A stretch of DNA of 64,000 nucleotides from positions 6,932-70,931 of the forward strand of contig JAMPHT010000002.1 in NCBI GenBank assembly GCA_023663285.1, given 5' to 3'. The notes under the pieces are model-generated. The model saw only the letters and a list, made by a program, of their open reading frames with translations. It ran no database searches and had not been told where the DNA came from. Below, piece by piece: positions 1 through 7,744 of this stretch. How positions within the stretch are numbered: position 1 is the stretch's first letter; each line of letters begins with the position of its first letter. Made by a program: the position numbers and the translations under genes. The stretch is from Bacillota bacterium (GTDB lineage Bacteria; Bacillota; Clostridia; Lachnospirales; Lachnospiraceae).

Positions 1-1490
1 AGATCATATACTCCCGTCCTGTCTCCCACGATCCCCAGCACCCGGCATTTCGGAAGCGATACCCCCACCGGGACATTCATAAGAAGCCGCTCTTCCCTCT
101 GAAATGCAAAAAGACTGTCCCGCAGCGTATCATCCTCAATGGAGAATCTGTCCTCCGGAAATTTAATATTCCCATACAGGGGCATATTTCCCGCTCCAAG
201 GCGCAGATACAGAAAATCGCTCTGAGCCGGGCTTTTCCCCCACAGCCGTCTCTCCCAGAAATCACCCTGCGCCGTCAGCTTCGTGATCGGCGGATCGTTT
301 TCATTCAGCAGTTCTTCCTGTACTGTGATGTTACTCTGTATTTCCTGCCTGAGATTATTCAGATATTTCAAATACTTCTCTCTTCTCTCCGTCTCCCGTG
401 CCAGGCTTTGTTTCTTTTCCCGTCTGCGCATGATCACCGGAAACAGTATCATGCCCAGAAGCATGGAGATGGAGGTTATCATGGTGGGAAGCGTATTCAG
501 CACACTGCCGCCGGATCTTGAGGCATTCACAATGGAAAAGACGCCTACGGAAAAGGATGCAACGCCCATGATAAGCGAAGGTCCCATAGTCAGCAAAAGG
601 GGCGCGTTTTCCCGATTTTCGCTCCTTGTAGGCGAATCCACCTGCAGCTCAAGGGGCGTTATTTCCCGCAGGAATCTGGGGGACCGATAATAGTAAACGG
701 ATTCCTCCATGTCCATAGTCGAACCCGCTTCCGTTGGGAGCGCTCCCAGCGATGCCGCTTCGTTCGATCCCGATCCGGACGAGACCGGATCGTTCGATCC
801 CGGAACGGATGAGACCGGCACGGGCGATCCCGGCATGGGATTGGTATCCGCCTCCTTCCTGCCAAACTCCGACAAAAGCTCCGTACGGATACGGACCTTT
901 CCGTCAGGATCGTTCATGGCAATAAAATCACTGCCCACCACAAGCTTAAAGCCCAGGATAAACACAATATCCCCAGGAGCCAGATCCACCCGGCCTGCGA
1001 CTCTGCGCCGATTTACATATGTGCCGTTTGTGGACCGATCGTCATACAGCGCCCATGTACCGCCTGCAAATATCAGCGTGGCATGGTGGGCGGAGACATA
1101 AGGATCGGAAACAACTATATCATTGTCATCTTCCCTGCCAATGTTCAACGTAACATCCTGCGCCGCCGCATATTTTTTATAGACGCCTCTGTCCTCTGTG
1201 AACGCTTCCGCCAGCAGAAATGCCATTCGGGCGCCCTGACCCGGAAACAGCCTGTACAGCTTTCCCTCTTCCAGTTCAAGACACTTTGTTTCCATCTGTT
1301 TCTCATCGTAAAGCTTTAGCTGCCTGTCCGCCTTTACGATCCATTTATCTCCCCCGCCGCCTGCCTCTATTGCAAGGATCCTGTTGCTGCTCATGGGCCT
1401 TTCATCATCCAGTATCCAGTATTTGCCCGCTTTCTTTTCGGGAAGCCGGACACTGGATATCTTTTGTTCGCCAATCAACGTTACCAGCAT
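1..1490 (-). CDS. essC: Type VII secretion system (T7SSb) FtsK/SpoIIIE ATPase EssC, N-terminal ~496 codons (runs off window)
   Basis: Absent from the ORF track; translated by hand from ATG 1490: MLVTLIGEQKISSVRLPEKKAGKYWI... It shows an FHA region (NIGREDDNDIVVSDPYVSAHHA...STNGTYVN), YYRSPRFLREITPLELQVDSP, two TM segments, EKYLKYL, and RLWGKSPAQSDFLYLRLGAGNMP. This is the EssC N-terminal architecture. No stop codon before the window edge; the ATPase domains lie outside the window. Confidence 0.88.
   Translation of the reverse strand, partial: MLVTLIGEQKISSVRLPEKKAGKYWILDDERPMSSNRILAIEAGGGGDKWIVKADRQLKLYDEKQMETKCLELEEGKLYRLFPGQGARMAFLLAEAFTEDRGVYKKYAAAQDVTLNIGREDDNDIVVSDPYVSAHHATLIFAGGTWALYDDRSTNGTYVNRRRVAGRVDLAPGDIVFILGFKLVVGSDFIAMNDPDGKVRIRTELLSEFGRKEADTNPMPGSPVPVSSVPGSNDPVSSGSGSNEAASLGALPTEAGSTMDMEESVYYYRSPRFLREITPLELQVDSPTRSENRENAPLLLTMGPSLIMGVASFSVGVFSIVNASRSGGSVLNTLPTMITSISMLLGMILFPVIMRRREKKQSLARETERREKYLKYLNNLRQEIQSNITVQEELLNENDPPITKLTAQGDFWERRLWGKSPAQSDFLYLRLGAGNMPLYGNIKFPEDRFSIEDDTLRDSLFAFQREERLLMNVPVGVSLPKCRVLGIVGDRTGVYD
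760..834. repeat. ~2.5 copies of a 30-bp in-frame tandem repeat in the EssC linker
   Basis: tcgttcgatcccg...gagaccgg at 760 and 790, degenerate third copy at 820; encodes PGSPVPVSSVPGSNDPVSSGSGSNE. Confidence 0.75.
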
Positions 1491-2179
1491 TTTTCTGCTC
1501 CTTTGCTCAACATTTCTTTTATCTTTTTCTGATAGGATCTGGATATGGGCACCAGCGCTCCGCCTGAAAGCACCACCCCATCCGCGCTGTATTTTTCGAT
1601 CCTGTCTGCATTTATGATATAGCTGCGGTGGCATTGAAGGAACCGGGGCGGAAGCTTTTCCAAAGCTTCTCCCACTGTCATATAAGTCTCGAAGGAACCC
1701 TCATCCGTATACAGAAACAGCTTTCTGCCGTAGCTTTCAATATACCGGATAGTCGAAAAGCGGACCTTCTGCTTCCGGCCTCTGGACTGTATGGCAAGCG
1801 TCCTTCCCACATCCTCCCGGCAGCCCGCCCGCACCCGCTCAAGGGCAGCCAGAACAGTTTCCTCCTGAAAGGGAAGTTGCAGGAAAAAGGTTGGCACCGC
1901 CCGGAATATTTTCTCCGCACAATCAGTTGCCCCTGCATAAAAAATGATCCTGATGTGGGGAAAATACTCCTGTAAGTCCCGTGCCAGCGCAATATTGCTG
2001 TCCTCCTCCGCAGACACTATAAGCAGCTCCACATCCCCCTTGAATTCATCGCAGACGGCTGTTGCCAGCGCAAATGTATTTGTATAGGCGCTGACTGTCC
2101 AGTGGCTGTAGCTTTGCCTTATAAAGTCAGACAGGTATTCTATATTCTGTTTATTATTGTCCAGTATCACTGCTCGCAT
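1481..2179 (-). CDS. LytTR-family regulator with degenerate (pseudo) receiver domain
   Basis: Start moved to ATG 2179 (MRAVILDNN). C-terminal LytTR motifs IRYIES, FLQCHRSYIIN, VPISR. Overlaps the essC start by 10 nt. Confidence 0.85.
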   Translation of the reverse strand: MRAVILDNNKQNIEYLSDFIRQSYSHWTVSAYTNTFALATAVCDEFKGDVELLIVSAEEDSNIALARDLQEYFPHIRIIFYAGATDCAEKIFRAVPTFFLQLPFQEETVLAALERVRAGCREDVGRTLAIQSRGRKQKVRFSTIRYIESYGRKLFLYTDEGSFETYMTVGEALEKLPPRFLQCHRSYIINADRIEKYSADGVVLSGGALVPISRSYQKKIKEMLSKGAEKCW

Positions 2180-2948
2180 GGCTTTTTGTGTCCTCCCAGC
2201 TGAACCTTTCACAGCATACGGGTATCAGCATAAGGCTCGTATCTCCCAACAGGATCAGGTCAAACCCTTTCATTTTGACCGGTCCCAGCACAAGCTCTCC
2301 GTTTAGATAACACAGTCCCGTACCCTCTCCCGGCTTTATGTAAAATTCCCTCTTAAACGGCTCATACACAACAAATGCCTGCTTCTCCCTCGATACCTTC
2401 TGATCCGTGATCACCACATCCATAGACGCCGAGCGGCCTATGGCATTGCTGCCTGTCTTTAACGGGAAGCCGTTTCCATAATTCTCTCCTGCCGTACAAA
2501 TAAGGTATCCCACCGGCGGCTCTGTTCCCCCCACCGAAAAGTATCCCACTGTTTTGCCTTCCTCTTCCTTTTCATCAGGCTGCGCCGCTGCCGCAAAGGC
2601 GGCGCTCAATGACTGTGACTTGCTCTCCGGCTTTTTCTGCTCTTTCTGCTCCTCCTGAAGCAAAACCGTCTGTTGCAAAGCCGTCTGCTGAGGAGCCGGT
2701 ATTTCCGGTATATTTTCCGCCTCCTGCCGTTCCTTTTCCCCACGGCGGAAAAAGCCGCCCTTTACGCGCCCGACTTTCTCCCTGCTCTTTTTTTCGCTTT
2801 CCTTTTCCTCCAGTTCGCTGTGCCTGATCGAGAAGGGATCCTGTCTGATTGCTTCCACTCCCGCCGCACAATGGGGACACGCCTCATACTTATCGCCGTC
2901 ATAAAAATGACCTTTTGCGCAAATCACTCTATTCATTTTTATATCCAT
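2154..2948 (-). CDS. Zn-ribbon + FHA domain protein
   Basis: N-terminal CAKGH..CPHC; charged linker; C-terminal PPVGYLIC..NAIGRS..VSRE..YLNG FHA-like domain. Confidence 0.8.
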   Translation of the reverse strand: MDIKMNRVICAKGHFYDGDKYEACPHCAAGVEAIRQDPFSIRHSELEEKESEKKSREKVGRVKGGFFRRGEKERQEAENIPEIPAPQQTALQQTVLLQEEQKEQKKPESKSQSLSAAFAAAAQPDEKEEEGKTVGYFSVGGTEPPVGYLICTAGENYGNGFPLKTGSNAIGRSASMDVVITDQKVSREKQAFVVYEPFKREFYIKPGEGTGLCYLNGELVLGPVKMKGFDLILLGDTSLMLIPVCCERFSWEDTKSHASSDTGQ

Positions 2949-2963
2949 GCCTTTCCCGTATGC

Positions 2964-3692
2964 TTAAACTTCTATTATTACCCACGCAGCATTATCCTGT
3001 TTTGTACGCTTCTTTGCTTCCAGCACGTTCTTAAAATCACCGCAGACCGTCTGCAGATTTTCCCTGCTGCCTAAAAGCTCCGCAATTTCTTCCTGCCGCA
3101 GGGAGCGTGACAAGCCATCCGTACATAACAGCAACCTATCCCCCCTGCACGTGGCAAAGGAAGTATTACTGCCGTCAAAAAGCTCGGCCGCTCCCATTCC
3201 AAGATAGCTGATGAGCTGTTCCTGCTTTTGTTTACAGGTATCCCTTTCCGAAAGCAATGCATAATTGTGTTCCCGCGTCACACAATACAGCCTTTGTCCA
3301 CGCATATAGAAAAGTCTGCTGTCTCCCACGGAAAACCAATGCAGCTTATCATCCTGCAGCAGAACTGCAACTATTGTGGTCCCCGCCTTTAAGCGCAGAC
3401 CGTCCGCACCGTGCAGGCCAAAAACCGCATCGTCCAGCCTCTCCAGCTGCCTTTTCCAAAAGCTGTGCATATTCTCTGTAAGCTCCGCCTTTTCCAGCGT
3501 CTCCGCCATTTGCTCCGCTGCGTAACGGCTTGCGATATTTCCTCCGGCCATGCCGCCCATGCCGTCACAGACTACCGCGATAGTTCTTCCATCCTTCTGT
3601 CGATAGCTGTAATAATCCTCCTGTCTGCTGCGGCTTCCCTGAATGGAAGTCGCACATATGACCGGTTTCTCAGTCAACCTTTGCGTATTCAT
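2964..3692 (-). CDS. PP2C-family Ser/Thr protein phosphatase
   Basis: RxxQED, VCDGMGG, VGDSR, LLCTDG and DN motifs. Confidence 0.93.
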   Translation of the reverse strand: MNTQRLTEKPVICATSIQGSRSRQEDYYSYRQKDGRTIAVVCDGMGGMAGGNIASRYAAEQMAETLEKAELTENMHSFWKRQLERLDDAVFGLHGADGLRLKAGTTIVAVLLQDDKLHWFSVGDSRLFYMRGQRLYCVTREHNYALLSERDTCKQKQEQLISYLGMGAAELFDGSNTSFATCRGDRLLLCTDGLSRSLRQEEIAELLGSRENLQTVCGDFKNVLEAKKRTKQDNAAWVIIEV

Positions 3693-3701
3693 AGATCATC
3701 C

Positions 3702-4424
3702 TCAACGGATCCATACTGCAAGAGCAGTATAATTATCCATATCGCTGCTCCGGCCGTTTTCACATACGATCGCGTTCATGGTATCCAGCCAGTTCTGCAC
3801 GTCTGTCGCCTTTTTTAAGCACTTTTCCATTTCCTTATCCTCAATGTACTCCCAGAAGCCGTCCGTACATAGCAGAAACGCCTGCTTATGCTCCGGTCTT
3901 ATTTCCTTTGAAAGCACGTACTGCGGTTTATCCCACTCCGTTCCCATCACCCGCAGAAGCCTGTTTCGATCCACATGACGCCGTATATCCCTGTCCTTGA
4001 TCTCACCCATGGATACCATCATTTGCGGGACACTGTGATCCTTTGTTCTGGAGATCAACTTATTTCTCCTGAAATAATAGGTTCGCGTATCTCCTATGTG
4101 TCCGCCGCATATACTTCGTTCGTCCACAACAAGCATATTCAAGGTGGTTTTCATGGCGTCCACGGCATTCTCTTCCCGCTGTCTTTGCAGAAGCCTCTCC
4201 TGTGCCTTTTCAAACATTGTCTCAACAGAGCATAGCTCCTGTTCCTGAAAGCATTGCAGCGCAGTCTCACACACCAGTCCGGATGCAACCTCTCCCCTTC
4301 CGTGTCCGCCAAGTCCATCCGCCACGGCAAAACAATATCTGCCTCCATTGCAGCCCGCTATGGCAAAATCCTCGTTCTGCTCCCTGTCTCCGGGAAATGT
4401 ACTGATTGCATATGTAATTTCCAT
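3702..4424 (-). CDS. PP2C-family Ser/Thr protein phosphatase
   Basis: REQNED, VADGLGG, IGDTR, LLCTDG and DNYT motifs. Confidence 0.93.
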   Translation of the reverse strand: MEITYAISTFPGDREQNEDFAIAGCNGGRYCFAVADGLGGHGRGEVASGLVCETALQCFQEQELCSVETMFEKAQERLLQRQREENAVDAMKTTLNMLVVDERSICGGHIGDTRTYYFRRNKLISRTKDHSVPQMMVSMGEIKDRDIRRHVDRNRLLRVMGTEWDKPQYVLSKEIRPEHKQAFLLCTDGFWEYIEDKEMEKCLKKATDVQNWLDTMNAIVCENGRSSDMDNYTALAVWIR

Positions 4425-4459
4425 TCTCTGCTATCCGCCTCCTTTGGTCTGCCTCTTTC

Positions 4460-7400
4460 TTATTTTGGCCTGTATCGGTACAGAGTGCGCTGCGCAACCT
4501 CGCGCGAATCGGACTTTTCCGCCTTTTCATCACGCCAGTCGCTCCATGCCCCCCACTGATAAAAGTGATAGGTAATGACGTCCGTCCTGTCTCTGTATTT
4601 GTACACTGTCTGGGTTTTTACTTTCCGTGTGGAGCTCTCCGTGTACTGTGTGTCACTCCATGCCGTATACTCCTTCCAGCGCTCATGGGTGTATTCGTAG
4701 TGCGGGATCTTATCCCTGTATCGATACTGGATCCTCGTTTTCACCTCTACAGTATCGCTTTTTTCTGCCTTATTATCAGACCAGTCTGACCATCCGGACC
4801 AGTCGCTCCATCTCCAGAAGCTGTAGGTATAAGAAACCGTCCGACTTCGGTATACTGTATAGGTTTCATCCCGATATATATCTCGCTGCCCACCCAAATA
4901 CCAGGGTATTGTGCCTCTAGGATTCGACATGGCACTTGGACTGTCGCTATATGCGGCATGTCCTTCATAAGTAGCAAATTGATACGTCATTCCGGTTCGC
5001 CAGCCTGTCTCAGCATATGTTCCCCCGCGAGGCGCTGCATATGCCTGCGACCAGGTGTACCAATAATTGTTGTTATCTAATTCATTCCGATACTTCCAAT
5101 AATAATACCAATACTCCGTATGGTCATACACAGATCTTGTCCGTTGCTGCGTATCCACATCAATTCGATAGCTTTCCGTCTCGCTGGATGATATGGGCGT
5201 CTCGGTCCAATCTGACCATCCCCCGTCGTTTTCCTTCCTGCTGTTTTCAATATAGGTATAACCGGCCTGACTCTTTGTGGATGCATTTTTATACTCTTTA
5301 CTCCGTGTCCGGAAGCTGTACTGAGTCTTGGTCTGTACCTCCCTTGTCGCGCTTTTGTCTACGGGCGTATCGCTCCACACGCTCCAGCTTCCGTAGTCTT
5401 CCAGATAATAGGTGCGCGTATCGATCAGCTTCCAGCCGCTTACGGAAGCCTTATCAGACTTCATGGTCTCGTAATCCGAATAGGAATACTGGATCTTGTC
5501 GCTGATTTCCCTGCCCTCCTGCTCCGTCGGCTCAACGGAATCCCACTGGCTCCACGGGCCGTACTCCCCCCGCGCCGTGGTGGTATCATAGAGCGTCCAG
5601 CCATCCAGTTCTTCTTTATCCGAGGTGGTCAGCGATTTATCCCGGAAGCTGTACTGCGTCTTAGTCTCGATCTCATAGCCGGAGCTGTTTACGCCCGCGG
5701 GCAGCTCTTCCACCCACTCCGACCACTGGGGCTTCTGGGCAATGATCTGATTCACGGCCGCCGTACCGCTGCTGACAGTCAGCATGATCTCCGTTCCCTT
5801 TTTTGTCTGCGTATTGGCCGCTACGTTTTGCCGGATGATCTTGTCCTTTGCAACCGTGCTGCTTTCTTCATACCCGATCTGCACTACAAAGCCCAAGGCT
5901 TCCAGCTCCGCAGACGCCTCCGCTATTTCCCGGTACTGCATATCCGGCATATATATAAGCTTTTCCTCTGCGGCAGTCACGATCTTGATCACATCTCCCT
6001 GAAGCCCTGATACTCCGGCCCTGGGCGACTGCTCCAGAATAGTGCCCGGCGCAAGCGCATCCTCTCTTTCCCCTGCTTTCACCAGATAAAGCCCCATCTC
6101 AGATGCTTTTGCCGTAGCCTGCTTCATCGACATACCGGTAAAATCCGGTATTATGATCTCGGTCTCCGCATCCAGATAGGTATCCAGCCCCAGCGAAACC
6201 GTCAGCACTATCGTATCTCCCCGGTATGCCTGTCCGCCGGCCTCCGGGCTTTGCGCCATAATGACTCCTGCTTCAAAGGCTCCGTATTCCTCTTGTATCT
6301 CCAGCACCAGCCCCAGCGCCGACAGCGTTTCCTGCACACTGTCCTTCTGATACCCGCATATGTCCGGTATCACCACCGGTTCCCTTCCGCCGCTTACCAC
6401 GACCTCCACCACATTTTCTATTTTTACGATCTTTCCTCTGTTTACATTTTGGGAAAGCACCAGGCCCATAGGTACATATTCCGAATACTGCTTGTCCACT
6501 ATTTGCAGGACAAGCTCCGCCTCCTCCATCAATACCTCCGCCGTGTCCACATCCTCATTCACAAGATTGGGCACACGCGTCATCCCCTCCGGCAGTGCAA
6601 AGCCCTCCGGGATCAGCCGGGAATAGTCGATCACTCCGGTTGCAAGCAGAACGGCAAATATCATCACCGCCAGCGTTGCTCCGGATGTAGCCAGTTTTGC
6701 CCATAAGGGCCATTTCCCTACATCCGCCTTTTTTAAATGTACAAAACGAAGCTTCACCTTATCGTTTCCATACAGCTCCTTTTCAAAAGCCTCGGCATTC
6801 CGGGTCCTGTCCTCGATTTTGATATTGAGAGCATTCATGATGGCGTGTTCCGTATTTTTAGGGATCTCCACACCCATTTTGGACGGCTTTTTCAATTCTT
6901 CCTTTTCCACCCGCTCCATGGCATCCTCCGGCGTGATACCCGTTACCATTTTATAAAAGGTAGCGGCAAGGGAATATATGTCTGTCCACGGTCCCTGATC
7001 GCCGCGGCTGCGATACTGCTCCACCGGCGCATAGCCGGGTTTGATAATGACAGAAAGACTTTTGCTGTGTGAAGTCGTGGCAAAGCGGGACGCCCCGAAA
7101 TCCAGAAGCTTTACCCTGCCGTCATTTGTCAGAAATATATTATCCGGCGCAATGTCCCTGTGTATGATCCCCATTTCATGCACCTCCTTCAAGGCGGTGA
7201 TGATGGGATGCAGGATCTCTTTGGCTTCCTCCACAGGCAGCTTTTCATTCAGCGCCAGATACTCTTTCAGCGTCCGTCCCTCCAGATACTCCATAATGAT
7301 ATAGGCAGTATTATTTTCCTGAAAGCTGTTATAGATGCGCACCACACCGTTTGCCGATTCCAGCTTTGCAAGCATTTTCGCCTCTTCCAGAAATTTACCG

Positions 7401-7741
7401 AGGCCGTTATCAAACTGCTCTGAACGTTCTCCTTCATAGGTCGTGATCTGCGTCTGTCCCGGTATGCGCGTGGAAAATTCACCGGGCAGATACTCCTTGA
7501 TCGCAACTTTTCTTAAAAGTATCTCGTCCCAGCCCAGATATGTCACGCCAAACCCGCCAAAGCCCAGTACCCGCCCTATCAGATATCGCCCTGCCAATAT
7601 CGTACCGGGCCGCATATGATATGCCTCTTTGGACGGAGTGCCGATCTCATATCCGCAGTACGGGCAGATCTCATATCCGTCCTCAAATTCTTCCATACAT
7701 CCAAGACATCTCTGCATCACACCTGTTTCCCCCTGTGCCAC
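4460..7741 (-). CDS. Membrane Ser/Thr kinase: Zn-ribbon - kinase - TM - 4 PASTA - Trp/Arg-rich repeat ectodomain
   Basis: CLGC..CPYC; GFGGFG, VAIKE, HRDIAPDN, DFG, APVE; one TM; PASTA starts VPNLVN, IPDICG, IPDFTG, MPDMQY; WSxW...TQYxFR repeats. Start is GTG 7741 or ATG 7717. Confidence 0.92.
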   Translation of the reverse strand: MAQGETGVMQRCLGCMEEFEDGYEICPYCGYEIGTPSKEAYHMRPGTILAGRYLIGRVLGFGGFGVTYLGWDEILLRKVAIKEYLPGEFSTRIPGQTQITTYEGERSEQFDNGLGKFLEEAKMLAKLESANGVVRIYNSFQENNTAYIIMEYLEGRTLKEYLALNEKLPVEEAKEILHPIITALKEVHEMGIIHRDIAPDNIFLTNDGRVKLLDFGASRFATTSHSKSLSVIIKPGYAPVEQYRSRGDQGPWTDIYSLAATFYKMVTGITPEDAMERVEKEELKKPSKMGVEIPKNTEHAIMNALNIKIEDRTRNAEAFEKELYGNDKVKLRFVHLKKADVGKWPLWAKLATSGATLAVMIFAVLLATGVIDYSRLIPEGFALPEGMTRVPNLVNEDVDTAEVLMEEAELVLQIVDKQYSEYVPMGLVLSQNVNRGKIVKIENVVEVVVSGGREPVVIPDICGYQKDSVQETLSALGLVLEIQEEYGAFEAGVIMAQSPEAGGQAYRGDTIVLTVSLGLDTYLDAETEIIIPDFTGMSMKQATAKASEMGLYLVKAGEREDALAPGTILEQSPRAGVSGLQGDVIKIVTAAEEKLIYMPDMQYREIAEASAELEALGFVVQIGYEESSTVAKDKIIRQNVAANTQTKKGTEIMLTVSSGTAAVNQIIAQKPQWSEWVEELPAGVNSSGYEIETKTQYSFRDKSLTTSDKEELDGWTLYDTTTARGEYGPWSQWDSVEPTEQEGREISDKIQYSYSDYETMKSDKASVSGWKLIDTRTYYLEDYGSWSVWSDTPVDKSATREVQTKTQYSFRTRSKEYKNASTKSQAGYTYIENSRKENDGGWSDWTETPISSSETESYRIDVDTQQRTRSVYDHTEYWYYYWKYRNELDNNNYWYTWSQAYAAPRGGTYAETGWRTGMTYQFATYEGHAAYSDSPSAMSNPRGTIPWYLGGQRDIYRDETYTVYRSRTVSYTYSFWRWSDWSGWSDWSDNKAEKSDTVEVKTRIQYRYRDKIPHYEYTHERWKEYTAWSDTQYTESSTRKVKTQTVYKYRDRTDVITYHFYQWGAWSDWRDEKAEKSDSREVAQRTLYRYRPK

Positions 7742-7744
7742 ATT

